DNA from: Naegleria gruberi
Lineage: Eukaryota
Length of the DNA stretch: 64,000 nucleotides
Strand: one strand, 5' to 3'
Assembly: GCA_000004985.1 (NCBI GenBank)
Contig: GG738913.1
Position numbers and translations under genes: made by a program. Positions 1 through 10,281 of this stretch are shown in pieces (within the stretch, counting starts at the first letter, position 1; each line of letters opens with the position of its first letter). The notes beneath the pieces are model-generated. The model did no database searches, was not told the DNA's origin, and saw only the letters and a list, made by a program, of their open reading frames with translations.

Positions 1-1362
1 TCAGATATTCATTCCATTCTCAATCTAAGAACAAGCAAAATTAACAAACTAATCATTAACAGGTGCAAAACCATTGAATTTAAAGAAAAAGCAATTTCTT
101 GGAATAGAGTTGCTGCCAGAGAAATTGTGAAATGTTTCAAATCACTTACAATTATTGAAAGTCCAGATATGGTTGAGTTTTGTAATACGTGTAAATTCAA
201 TGACCTGGAAAAATTGCATGTCATTGATGAGCGTTGCATCAATCTACCAATTTTAAATCCCAATGAATATCCAAATTTGACAGATTTTGGTAATAACCAC
301 TTTAAAGTCAAAAATCAAAGAGCTCTGAAGAAACTCTTTCTCAATAGAATTGACAGTTTAAATTTTAATCAAGAAACAGCCAATTTGTGGTCTTCCATTA
401 TTGTAAAATATCCACCTTATAGAATTAGAGATGTATCCTATCTGAAAGTGCCTGAATTGACCATTCTAAGTGAGGAAAGTAATTTATCCTTACATGAAAT
501 GATGGAAAAAGTTGCAGTTTTTGAACATGTTATCATTCCAGAAACATTCATAAGATTAACTACTGAAAGTTTAAGTGAAATTTCCAATCCAAATCTTAGA
601 AGAATTACAATTATGACCTCACGTCAAAGTAGAATTATTGTAAAGATTTTGAAAGCTCGATTGGAATGCATGTTTCCAAATGCATGTATTTTCATAAAAG
701 AAATGGAAGAAAGAATAATCACAAAGCCATCTAAACAATTTGGTATCTTTAAATGGGAAGATGAGAGACTTGGAAATATATTCGAAAGACTTTTGAGAAG
801 AATTGATTCCATTTCTAATCAATGCATTTATTTGAGAGAGGAGGCATCCAAAACATTTATTCAACAAATTAAAGAATCAATGAAGACTCTTGGTGAATTA
901 TTTGAAGAAAGAAACAGCTCTCGGAGAAACATTACCAAAGAATTAATGATATTCCAAACTGAAACCTATTTACTTGAAGGTTTGAAAGCCAACATTGAAT
1001 TTGCATTACACAATGTCAAACACGCCATTGAAATCTACGAAGAAGTCATTGGAAAAGATGAAATCATAGCAAGGGTCATTTCCAAATACGAAGCAACTCT
1101 AAACTCTTCTGTCAGTGGTCAATTCCTCAATCAGAATCTCAAACTTTTGGAAGAAAGCTTTGATGACATGAAATACCACTTTGAAATGAAGGGTTTCACC
1201 TACAAATTGCTGTTCAAGAATTTGTGGCAAGCAGATGATGTTGTCGAGTTCTATAGAGATGGATATTTTGATAATGAAGAGGAAGAATTATTTCTAGATG
1301 AAGAGGATAATATCTTGTTTGAAGATGAAGAATGGTTATCAGAGTTTAGTGATGAAGAATGA
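1..1362 (+). CDS. hypothetical protein, 5'-partial (reading frame open to the window edge), acidic D/E-rich C-terminus
   Basis: Frame is open from nt 1 with no stop until TGA at 1360-1362. The ORF track lists 127..1362, but its start is GTG. No recognisable domain. C-terminal tail is DNEEEELFLDEEDNILFEDEEW. Confidence 0.45.
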   Translation, partial: SDIHSILNLRTSKINKLIINRCKTIEFKEKAISWNRVAAREIVKCFKSLTIIESPDMVEFCNTCKFNDLEKLHVIDERCINLPILNPNEYPNLTDFGNNHFKVKNQRALKKLFLNRIDSLNFNQETANLWSSIIVKYPPYRIRDVSYLKVPELTILSEESNLSLHEMMEKVAVFEHVIIPETFIRLTTESLSEISNPNLRRITIMTSRQSRIIVKILKARLECMFPNACIFIKEMEERIITKPSKQFGIFKWEDERLGNIFERLLRRIDSISNQCIYLREEASKTFIQQIKESMKTLGELFEERNSSRRNITKELMIFQTETYLLEGLKANIEFALHNVKHAIEIYEEVIGKDEIIARVISKYEATLNSSVSGQFLNQNLKLLEESFDDMKYHFEMKGFTYKLLFKNLWQADDVVEFYRDGYFDNEEEELFLDEEDNILFEDEEWLSEFSDEE

Positions 1363-1390
1363 ATATTAAGTGTTTGATTCTTAATATAAA

Positions 1391-1417
1391 TTGTAAATAT
1401 TGTAAATATTGTAAATA
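1391..1417. repeat. tandem repeat (tgtaaatat)x3 in the 3' flank of the first gene
   Basis: tgtaaatattgtaaatattgtaaatag, read directly. Confidence 0.8.
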
Positions 1418-1639
1418 GCATATAAAAATATAACATTAAATTAAATAGAGGGCCTATATCGAACGAAATAGCTATGACTGATTGGATGTAAAGTCTTCCT
1501 GTCTATTGATGTTGTTGCTTATTAAGTAGATTGCTCATTTTTTTTAAAATATTTAATTTATTTAATATTTATTTAATATTTCCAATATTTTCCTTAACCA
1601 TGCTTGTGAATCTGTTGACTCTGTTGAATTATCATAGTT

Positions 1640-3028
1640 TTAAAGTGAGATTGTTACATCTGTTAATTGGTTAAATTTCAATGTATGTAATAATTTCTTA
1701 TTAAATTGAATTCTTTCTCCAGTGTAAATTGAAACATGCAATTCATCAACACATTCTTCTGTAATAGAATCCTCTAAATCATTATCATCAGTATTTGTGT
1801 AAAAAACTAAAATTCTTCCATCACTTGTACAAATAAATAAATTATTTCCATCTTTGGACCATTTCATTAATTTAAAATTTTCATTCTTTGCAACTTGTTT
1901 TGGTGTTAAAATAGTATGTGTTTCTACTGCTAAAAAGAATGTTGATACTTGATTTTTTGTTAATACTATCGTTTGATATTTTTTTTCATTAATATTAATT
2001 TGTAATACTTTAAAATATTAAATATTAAATAATAATTAATGCTTACTTTCATCAGATTTTAGTAATATGGTATTGGTATTTATGTGCGTCGAAAATAAAG
2101 CATCTGGATAACCTGAAAAGTAATCAACATTATGTGAATATCTTGCAATTTCTTCTTCAACAATTTCATTGCTTTCAACCTCTTCAATTTTCTCTTCATT
2201 TAACGTCTGTTTAGAATAATCATTATTATTATCTGTAAGAATATTTAATTCTTCATTATCTTCATTTTTAAATGTTTTCTTTTCATTTAGACCACTACTG
2301 ACCATTAGTAGACTATCATCTGGACTTATTTCCATCAGTTTAATACTATCATCATAAATTCTTTCATTATATCGTGCACATTCTTCACTACTGATACTAT
2401 ACATTGCTAATAATGAATCACTCCATAGTATTAAACATTTGCTATTGTACATTGAACCTCCATGTACGTAATAATTAATATAAACTTGTTCTTCTCTTAA
2501 TTTAAAATCTAAATTTTCATTCATAATTTTGTAATTTTGTTTAATATCTAATTGAATTTTTTTATAATTTCCATTTCTATTTCTAGTAAAAATATAAATA
2601 GTATGATCTGCAGATTGAATTCCAACTATATTTTGAATGTATAATATTTGTAATTGATTCATATCTTTATCATTGAAAATTAATTCATTCTCAGACCATG
2701 TTAATATTAATTTATAATATTTTTCATAATAACAACCTAAAATTCTATCGGAATGAACTTGTTTACAATAATTTCCATCTTTTTTAATGGTATTCAATTC
2801 TTCATGTGTCCAATATTGTGTTTGTACATTTTTACTATTTTTTCTATCATAAATTGTTGATGAGAGGTAACCATTATAATATCCGATTAATATTTGATCA
2901 TAATCATGTTGCTTTTGTTGACTTGTTGTTGTATCATTTAATTTCAATGATGATGAATATGATGAAGGGCTAAAAGAATGTTGAATTGTATAAAAACATG
3001 ATGGTTCCCATAATTGTTGTCTCGGCAT
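1640..3028 (-). CDS. beta-propeller (WD40-like) repeat protein, 2 exons: complement(join(1640..2007,2047..3028))
   Basis: ATG at 3028 (MPRQQLWEPS). The long ORF ends ...LLKSDE followed by gtaagc. A 39-nt intron (2008..2046, gtaagc...tttaaag) joins in frame to ORF 1640..1867 (WSKDGNNLFICTSDGRILVF, WD-like strands). Splice phase is consistent (phase 1). Confidence 0.45.
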
Positions 3029-3163
3029 TTTTTTTTGATCAAAGAACAAAGAACAGTGAAATTTCGTAAAGTTCAAAAGTTCATCCAAACAACAATCAAA
3101 AAATGTGTGGAGCGTAAGTTTGTGTTTTTTATCCACAACCATAACCACAACCATGGTGAATAA
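3029..3163. promoter_or_regulatory. short head-to-head intergenic region (bidirectional promoter) between the divergent genes starting at 3028 (-) and 3164 (+)
   Basis: 135 bp between two divergent ATGs. A-rich context precedes both starts. Confidence 0.4.
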
Positions 3164-4963
3164 ATGTATAAAATTCACGTTGATGATGATCATCATCATA
3201 GTCCCCCAATTTTTATATTTCCCACAATTTCACCGGAATGGACAAGGTTTTGGAGAGACAAATTTGATAAGATTGGTGAGACCAATGCAGCCATTATGGA
3301 ATTATACAAGAATAGACAAGAAAATTATGTGGCCCATCGATTGGAAAGTAACTGTTCATTGAGCATTGAGGAGATGAAGAAACACTCGGAGGATTTGAAT
3401 GAGAAGGACAAGGGGGAATTGTGTAGCATGTTGATGAGGAGAAGTATTGCGAGAATGGAAATTTCCAAGTTTGAGGAAGCTGTTGAAGATGTGGAAATGG
3501 CCATTTGGTTGATGGATACAGAGGAGAGAAGAAATCATTTCATTGTATTGTATATTCTTGGTATGGCTCAGTATGGAGCTTGTTTGTATCGAGATGCTGC
3601 TCATACTTTTATGAAAGCCATCGATAATAGAGAATCTATGAATCAGTATGTAAATGAGGAGGAATTTGTGGAAATGGAAAAGGAATTTTTGAATTGGCAA
3701 CTTGAATCTAAAAAACCATTTGAAAAGACAATTCTTGGAATTAATCAAGGAATGACAAATTGGAATAATTCAATTTTTAATGCTAAAAATTCTGTCAAGA
3801 ATTGGTTAAACCATAGTTTGGGTCTAAATACTTCAGATGCTATCATTCAATCAAGACCAAAAACTGTTATTACTTTGGAATTGTTGTATATTAGAGCTGG
3901 GTTGGCTTATTTTGATGCAAATATTTATCAAAATGCCATTCCGTTGTTTACACATGCTATTGATTTGGGTTCTAAATACAAATCAGATAATGTGGGATCG
4001 TCATTTTACAATAGAGGTCTTTGTTATTATTTTTCATGGGATTTTCAACAAGCTTTGGAAGATTTTAGTCATAGTATTCAAGTTCAAACGAAACCAAATG
4101 AGAAACCATTCATTATGAGATCAAGTTTATTTTCTAGAATTGGAAAACAAGATGAATACGAAGAAGATTACAATTGTGCCAGAAATATCAATCCAAGAGT
4201 TTACAAAAGTGGTCTATCTCAATATAGACACATGTCTGAGGATACCTTCTTCCACATGTTGAGCTTTTTAGAAACCAAGCAAATTGTTCAAGTTGTCAGA
4301 ACTTGTAAACACTGGAAGAGTTTGGTGACCAAATATTTACAAGAAAAACCAGTACTCCTTTCTGATACATTCATTGTGGATAAGAGAGTTGCTTTCAATC
4401 AAGATCCTCGAAGTCCTATCATGCAAACATTTTTCCCAAAAAAGACAGTTTCCTTTGCAGAATTTTTTAGAAATGCCTTGATTGTTCCAATACTTTGTCA
4501 GAATGTTGCTCATGCTGTATGTTTTGAATCAGATGATTACTGGAAATACAACAATTACACATCTCTCACACAAGATTTAGTTAAACATTACAAAAATCTC
4601 AAAACATTGAAGACCAGTGAATCGCTCTATGATGATGATTTTAATAATCTTGCATATAATTCACCAAATATAGAAAGTATTGAACTGGATGTGCAATGTC
4701 AATCCAATCAAGTCAGTAATTTACTCACAAAATTTGACAAGTTGACAAGAATTAGATTTGGTAGTATATTCTTCACTCCAAACATGTTTGCCAACCACAA
4801 TCCATCCCTCAAAACTGTAGAATATAGATATCCAACAAAGAAAGATGTTTCCTATCTTCTCGAAACCACAACGTATGAACAACTTGTCGCTGATTCTGAT
4901 AATGAAATGAAATCTCATCCAGAAATTACTTTCCAAGTCCACAAATATCCAAATATCCAATAA
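3164..4963 (+). CDS. TPR-repeat + F-box domain protein
   Basis: 599-aa ORF. TPR-like helical repeats (AIWLMDTEERRNHFIVLYILGMAQYGACLYRDAAHTFMKAID; LAYFDANIYQNAIPLFTHAIDLG; YNRGLCYYFSWDFQQALEDFSHSIQV). F-box motif HMLSFLETKQIVQVVRTCKHWKSLV. An alternative upstream micro-exon (3103..3113, then intron 3114..3201) is possible but unproven. Confidence 0.6.
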   Translation: MYKIHVDDDHHHSPPIFIFPTISPEWTRFWRDKFDKIGETNAAIMELYKNRQENYVAHRLESNCSLSIEEMKKHSEDLNEKDKGELCSMLMRRSIARMEISKFEEAVEDVEMAIWLMDTEERRNHFIVLYILGMAQYGACLYRDAAHTFMKAIDNRESMNQYVNEEEFVEMEKEFLNWQLESKKPFEKTILGINQGMTNWNNSIFNAKNSVKNWLNHSLGLNTSDAIIQSRPKTVITLELLYIRAGLAYFDANIYQNAIPLFTHAIDLGSKYKSDNVGSSFYNRGLCYYFSWDFQQALEDFSHSIQVQTKPNEKPFIMRSSLFSRIGKQDEYEEDYNCARNINPRVYKSGLSQYRHMSEDTFFHMLSFLETKQIVQVVRTCKHWKSLVTKYLQEKPVLLSDTFIVDKRVAFNQDPRSPIMQTFFPKKTVSFAEFFRNALIVPILCQNVAHAVCFESDDYWKYNNYTSLTQDLVKHYKNLKTLKTSESLYDDDFNNLAYNSPNIESIELDVQCQSNQVSNLLTKFDKLTRIRFGSIFFTPNMFANHNPSLKTVEYRYPTKKDVSYLLETTTYEQLVADSDNEMKSHPEITFQVHKYPNIQ

Positions 4964-5049
4964 ATGAAGAAAATTTAGTGAGCTGGAATTATTTGGTTAT
5001 TAAGTTTGTTGGCGCAAAATGAATTAGTTTTTGTTAAGATTGTAGAACT

Positions 5050-6495
5050 TTAGGCGAGTTTAGTCTTTTTCTTTGGAGGCTTAACGTCATCAACTAATTC
5101 AACACTATACACGATAGAATTAGGAGCAGAGTTTGGTAATACAGTTCCATCTTCACCCTTACAACAGAATCTTTCTACATTAGAAACAAGATTGCAAATG
5201 GACGGTCTGTTATTCTTCTCCTTCCTTTCTTCTAAGATGGAAATCAATGTGGAAGAGAGTTCTTTCTTTGTCGTGTTGGCAGCATGTACTATTGAAATAT
5301 TTTCCATTACAGTTTTGAGCTCGTTCAATAATAATTGTTCACAGAATGTTGTATAAAGTTCTTCAACAGGTTTCTCACCGAATAGATCAATTCTTTCGAA
5401 TAAATCCTTTTCATCTGTAGCAAAGAAACACAATGAACACAGATCATAGTCATTTTCATCCAATTTGTGATACCTAAAACCTCTGACTTTATCCATGCAC
5501 TTATTGCATGAATATGTTCCAAACTCCTCTTCACCAACCGATTGGAATGTATGATCGTGAGGATGATCAGCATTTTCACACATTTTCAATGTTGATCCTT
5601 TTTGTTTCATAATGACCTTTTCACAACAATATCCACACAAATCATACTCATCACAATCCAAACAATTATATCTGATTCCATGAATTGGTTCTTCACAAAT
5701 ATCACATGAGAATTCTGGTAATTCCTCTTCATCTTCCAATTCATCTTCATCCTCAGAATGTTTTCCACTTAAACTTGAACCATGAACATCGCCAAACATT
5801 TTAGATCTATAAAGTGTATCAATAATATCTTGTTTGTAACCAGAATTTCCTGTTATAAATGTCAAGACATGTGGATAACGTTTTCTGAAATCTTCCTTAT
5901 CCACACAACCAAGATGAAGTGCCTTCCTTTTACCTAACCCAGTCAATTCAATAAATGGTTCATCATCATCAATTCCCTCTTTACAGTTTTCACAATTATG
6001 AAACCTTTTACGTCTCTTCTCAACTGGAATTGGTTCATGGAATACATATTTCGAAGATGAAAATAACGCAAAACGCATCTTGTAAAAAGTTCTCCATGAA
6101 TCCACAAAGCTCTCTTTAAAGTTATTAGAAAGTTCCAATCTCTTCTTGAAATCTTCCCATGTACTGGTATTGAACTTTATCATACATCCTGAATCGTAAC
6201 GATAATGCATGAGTTTCTCCCACAAATCATCACTCCGAGAAAACTTTTCGAATAATTTACAAGTAGGTTGAATAGAAAGTGCCAAATCAAACTCATCCAA
6301 ATAGGTCAAGATATTCATAAATACGCCTCTATACCCATCGTAATAATTATCAATCTTGTCATCTAGAATTATTCTTCCGTGATCATTTTGATCATTGCAA
6401 GATGATGAATGGATTGATGATGATGATGATGACAATTTCTCATCAGCGAAAAGTTTGATAAATTCTTGGAGTATCCTGCGCTTTGGGTCTTTCAT
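5050..6495 (-). CDS. F-box-like + two ZZ-type zinc-finger protein
   Basis: 481-aa ORF, ATG at 6495. N-terminal F-box-like segment ILTYLDEFDLALSIQPTCKLFEKFSRSDDLW. Two ZZ fingers: CDICEEPIHGIRYNCLDCDEYDLCGYCC and CNKCMDKVRGFRYHKLDENDYDLCSLCF. Confidence 0.6.
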   Translation of the reverse strand: MKDPKRRILQEFIKLFADEKLSSSSSSIHSSSCNDQNDHGRIILDDKIDNYYDGYRGVFMNILTYLDEFDLALSIQPTCKLFEKFSRSDDLWEKLMHYRYDSGCMIKFNTSTWEDFKKRLELSNNFKESFVDSWRTFYKMRFALFSSSKYVFHEPIPVEKRRKRFHNCENCKEGIDDDEPFIELTGLGKRKALHLGCVDKEDFRKRYPHVLTFITGNSGYKQDIIDTLYRSKMFGDVHGSSLSGKHSEDEDELEDEEELPEFSCDICEEPIHGIRYNCLDCDEYDLCGYCCEKVIMKQKGSTLKMCENADHPHDHTFQSVGEEEFGTYSCNKCMDKVRGFRYHKLDENDYDLCSLCFFATDEKDLFERIDLFGEKPVEELYTTFCEQLLLNELKTVMENISIVHAANTTKKELSSTLISILEERKEKNNRPSICNLVSNVERFCCKGEDGTVLPNSAPNSIVYSVELVDDVKPPKKKTKLA

Positions 6496-7060
6496 TTTTT
6501 TTTAATAAATTTTGGTTTTATTCAACAGACTTTACAATTTCCCATTCCGAATAATAAAAAAATATTCGCATCGAATCCATGCTGATTTTCGGAATGGTTT
6601 CACATCATGAAAGCATCAAACTTTCACATCTCAACATCATCTGAATAGTAATAATAATAGTAATTTTTATTAGTGGATTATTATCATCAAATAGGAATTT
6701 TTCATGTATTTGTCCAAAATAGTATTTGTGGAAATTAATAGTGTATTATAATTTAATTTTCGTGAAAGTCATCATTTTCACTAAATCTCCCTGCTTGGAA
6801 TTTAAATGAGTTGGATTTACCGTCAAACAATAGTATTTTCATCAAGTTAGGATATTTGAAAGTAACATGTTTTTTACTATTATTTATTAGCAGATTTTCA
6901 TCATGTTGTCAATTTACCAAGTATATGATGTTGATTTCTAGTACACTCGTAGGAAACATCACAAGAAGTATGTGAACATTCCACTCTCTACCTAATAAAT
7001 TCTACGATTACAGATTTTACTCTTACAGTTGAGTGAAAAGTAGCCACAAATTCATTTCAA

Positions 7061-8458
7061 TTATTTAAAAGTTATGGAGATATCAGAAAATCCAGAAAGG
7101 TTTCTATAGTTTCTTATAAATTTTGCTAATAACTGATTTCTAGTTGTCGATACATGATTAACCAAAACGTACATTTCGGTACTAGAGCTCATTAGAATTC
7201 TATCATCTCTACTAATTTGATCAAATTTGAATACCAGTGTTGGAATATTGTTGTAGACAAGCTGTTGTTTCAATTTCTGTTTAACTAGACTCATAACGTA
7301 ATGATGTCCAGTATTATAAATGCTTCCATTATTTGTCAGAAAGTGTGTATTATCAGTTCCACATGTCATGCTTCTAATTTCATCTCCTTTCCATTGAATT
7401 TCAGTAATTGGATATACCTCATCATTTTTAGCGTCAATACCCAACTCACCATCCCTCTGAGTTCCAAAAGTATATAAACAACCATCCTGAGTAATAATCA
7501 TAGAAAATCCATAACTTGATATCATATTCTTGACAGTTTTTTCCTTGCTCTTTGAAAAGAAGTCAATCAAGACAGGCTCAACTTTGTAAACTCTTTCCCA
7601 ACATTCTTCAGTGATAACCCCATCAACATAATCATACTTTTCCCAATATTGCTCTGTCAATTGCCCAAATTCCATATAACCACAAGCATATAATTGTTTC
7701 AGATAATTTGTTGATGCACTTGGAGTGGTTAAAAAGAATACATTGTGTTCTCCACAATAAATAGTTTCCAACTCAATCTTTCCCTTCCCAAACATTTCCA
7801 ATTTGGTTGGTAGCAAGACACTCTCAGATTTATATCCCAGTCCAAGCTGACCCCAATGATTCAATCCAAATCCATAAACTTCAGAATCTTGGGTCAATAC
7901 CATTGAAAAGAAAGTTCCACAGACCAATTTCTTAATATTCAAACCATTCAAACTCTCAATTTTCACAAAATCGTTCTGATTTAAGTTATTTCCAACTCCC
8001 AACTGCCCATTTTCATTCTCTCCAATTCCATAAATACCATCATTTGTAATAAAGAATGTAAAATAAGCTCCAGAAACTATATCCACAATATATAACCCTC
8101 TCTCCTCAAAGAAACTAAACCTAATACACTCTTCATTATGTCCATATTTATCAATCAATTCTGGATCTCTAGTAAAACCCCACAATTCCTGTTTCTTCTT
8201 CTCCCCACAATCAAATGCATTCACAACAAGAAAATATCTTCTCCAATGCGTGCACGACATCTTCTCAATAATCGGAATCAAGTGCTCCGACTCTGGAAAC
8301 AACTCTCGCATACTTGTCATTGCCTTCGAACCCATCGTGGAATTTTCAAAGGCTTTGGGATGAGTCAGTCTAGGATTCTTCCATAAATTATAGTAGAGAG
8401 AACATGAACCCGAGTAGTAGGCTGGAGAATTATTGTCGGAAGCGTGTGGGGAGTACAT
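7061..8458 (-). CDS. RCC1-repeat (regulator of chromosome condensation-like) beta-propeller protein
   Basis: ATG at 8458 (MYSPHAS). The ORF-track extension to 8632 is AT-rich non-coding. Repeated RCC1 signatures: GENENGQLGVG, GLNHWGQLGLG, GYMEFGQLTE, GTQRDGELGID. Confidence 0.7.
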   Translation of the reverse strand: MYSPHASDNNSPAYYSGSCSLYYNLWKNPRLTHPKAFENSTMGSKAMTSMRELFPESEHLIPIIEKMSCTHWRRYFLVVNAFDCGEKKKQELWGFTRDPELIDKYGHNEECIRFSFFEERGLYIVDIVSGAYFTFFITNDGIYGIGENENGQLGVGNNLNQNDFVKIESLNGLNIKKLVCGTFFSMVLTQDSEVYGFGLNHWGQLGLGYKSESVLLPTKLEMFGKGKIELETIYCGEHNVFFLTTPSASTNYLKQLYACGYMEFGQLTEQYWEKYDYVDGVITEECWERVYKVEPVLIDFFSKSKEKTVKNMISSYGFSMIITQDGCLYTFGTQRDGELGIDAKNDEVYPITEIQWKGDEIRSMTCGTDNTHFLTNNGSIYNTGHHYVMSLVKQKLKQQLVYNNIPTLVFKFDQISRDDRILMSSSTEMYVLVNHVSTTRNQLLAKFIRNYRNLSGFSDISITFK

Positions 8459-9004
8459 TAGATGTGAAGATATTTTTTTTAAAATAAATTTAAAAACTAA
8501 ATTTTCCTTTTTTATATGAAAATTGTTGGCTATGGTGTAACATTTATTGATATTTACATTGAAAACGGATGAAAGTGTAACATTTATTGAAGGAAACATT
8601 AAGTTTGCATTCAAATTTATTTTAAATTTCATTGTAAATAGTTAATAATTTTGTAAACTTTTATTACATCCACCTTATGTCAATTCCCTCTTATTCAATT
8701 TTACAAATAACCAAGCCCATAATCTTATCATCCTACACTTCTTCATTATCTTTTCTCACTTATTAATTATAAAGCTAAATCACAACTTAATTTTGCAAAA
8801 AAATGTCTATCTCAACTACCTTATATAAAGAATACACAATCCACAAAGCCCCAAGTATTCTCAGATTGTGTAGGTATAATGGCAAGGTCGATAACCCTGA
8901 ACAACAAGACAAAACAGTTGTGCTAAAGTTCAACTTCGTTATTTCTCCTTCCTCCGAAATCCATCTTTACAAATCCAATCTCACAAGAATACATTGAGGT
9001 TTTC

Positions 9005-9853
9005 ATGGATGACCAAAAATTGTCTGGAGCCATGAGTAATTGTTGGAGGAAAAAGATTGGCGAGAGGAAGAATTGCTTCTTTCATTGCAACAAATCATTG
9101 GTCAAAAGGCCTATCAAAGAAAGTGACTTTATGATTGTTGAAGAGAATTCAAGTGAATTTGATGAGAATTTATATGAGGTTGTGGCAGAATTTTTGGTGA
9201 TCAGAAAGAAGTTTATTTGCAAAACCAATCCCAATGCGATATTAACCATTGACCTTACCGAATTTCCCTTTGGAGACACTTTTGTCGTATTTGGCTTCCA
9301 AGTCAAGCTTTTAGAGGAAGATTTATTTGAAATGTTAAATCGAGATTCCCATATGTCGAGAGAATTAGATTTGAAACCATGCAGAAGTAAGATTATTGAA
9401 TACTTTTATAGACACAACAGACAAGTATATGAGAAACTTTCCAACAAGATTGTTCCAAATTTCCAATATGTTGCAATGAGTTCAACTTCTCTTATATCAG
9501 GTTTTCACTCTCAAAGCAAATATTCTCAATGGATTAATTCTTGTAAAGGAAAAATACCCAATATTACAATTCTTTCCAATAACATTGGGTGCTCACCAAG
9601 GAAAGTATTGACATTTTTGAAAGGAAGAATGGTTGGTAGAAGAGAGCTACTTTTAATTGAACAATTCGTCAAGTATTCTCCCGCCACAAAGAAGAGAATG
9701 ACGAAACAATTCGACAAGTCGACAACTAATATTTTGTTCAATAGTTATCTTGATTCCAAAAGAGAATTCAAAGAGGAATTTCTAGAATTAAGGAACATTA
9801 TGATAAGGTCTGGGGCTATTCAATTAGTCACTTGTATGGATTTCCATCATTGA
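9005..9853 (+). CDS. hypothetical protein
   Basis: 282-aa ATG-initiated ORF with no recognisable domain. The small upstream ORF 8803..8997 is of unclear significance. Confidence 0.4.
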   Translation: MDDQKLSGAMSNCWRKKIGERKNCFFHCNKSLVKRPIKESDFMIVEENSSEFDENLYEVVAEFLVIRKKFICKTNPNAILTIDLTEFPFGDTFVVFGFQVKLLEEDLFEMLNRDSHMSRELDLKPCRSKIIEYFYRHNRQVYEKLSNKIVPNFQYVAMSSTSLISGFHSQSKYSQWINSCKGKIPNITILSNNIGCSPRKVLTFLKGRMVGRRELLLIEQFVKYSPATKKRMTKQFDKSTTNILFNSYLDSKREFKEEFLELRNIMIRSGAIQLVTCMDFHH

Positions 9854-10281
9854 ACTGGAAGTTGAATGTGGTGATTTAGAATTTATTGAAGATAAATTCT
9901 CCAAAGATATTGAAAGTGGATGGGTAAGAATATTGGAAGGTAAACCACCAAACTTTCAAGTTTAATCAACAAATCAACTACTATTCGAAACCGAACTTAT
10001 CTTTGAAGGTTTGAAAGCAATCATTGACTTTTTGAAATCTCGAATCCGTTCTTCATTTCAAGCACGATTGCTGTAAAATGTTCACAGTTCATTCCAATTT
10101 CCTTATTTATTCTCAAATTGGATAATTTAAAATCGAGCGTTTGTAAACATGTCAATAATCGTTAATACTCTTTAATTTCAAATGTTCTCTATTCACTAGA
10201 ACCGAAAATGACTGAACACAATCACTTTCATAAAAAATCAACTTGTGAATTGGAAGAAATAACAAATTCACATTAAAAAAA

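Noticed and set aside
7061-8632. ORF-track extension of the RCC1 gene to 8632 (MKFKINLNANL...)
   Set aside because: The extension is AT-rich promoter-like sequence with no ATG start. The first ATG (8458, MYSPHAS) precedes the conserved repeats and is preferred.
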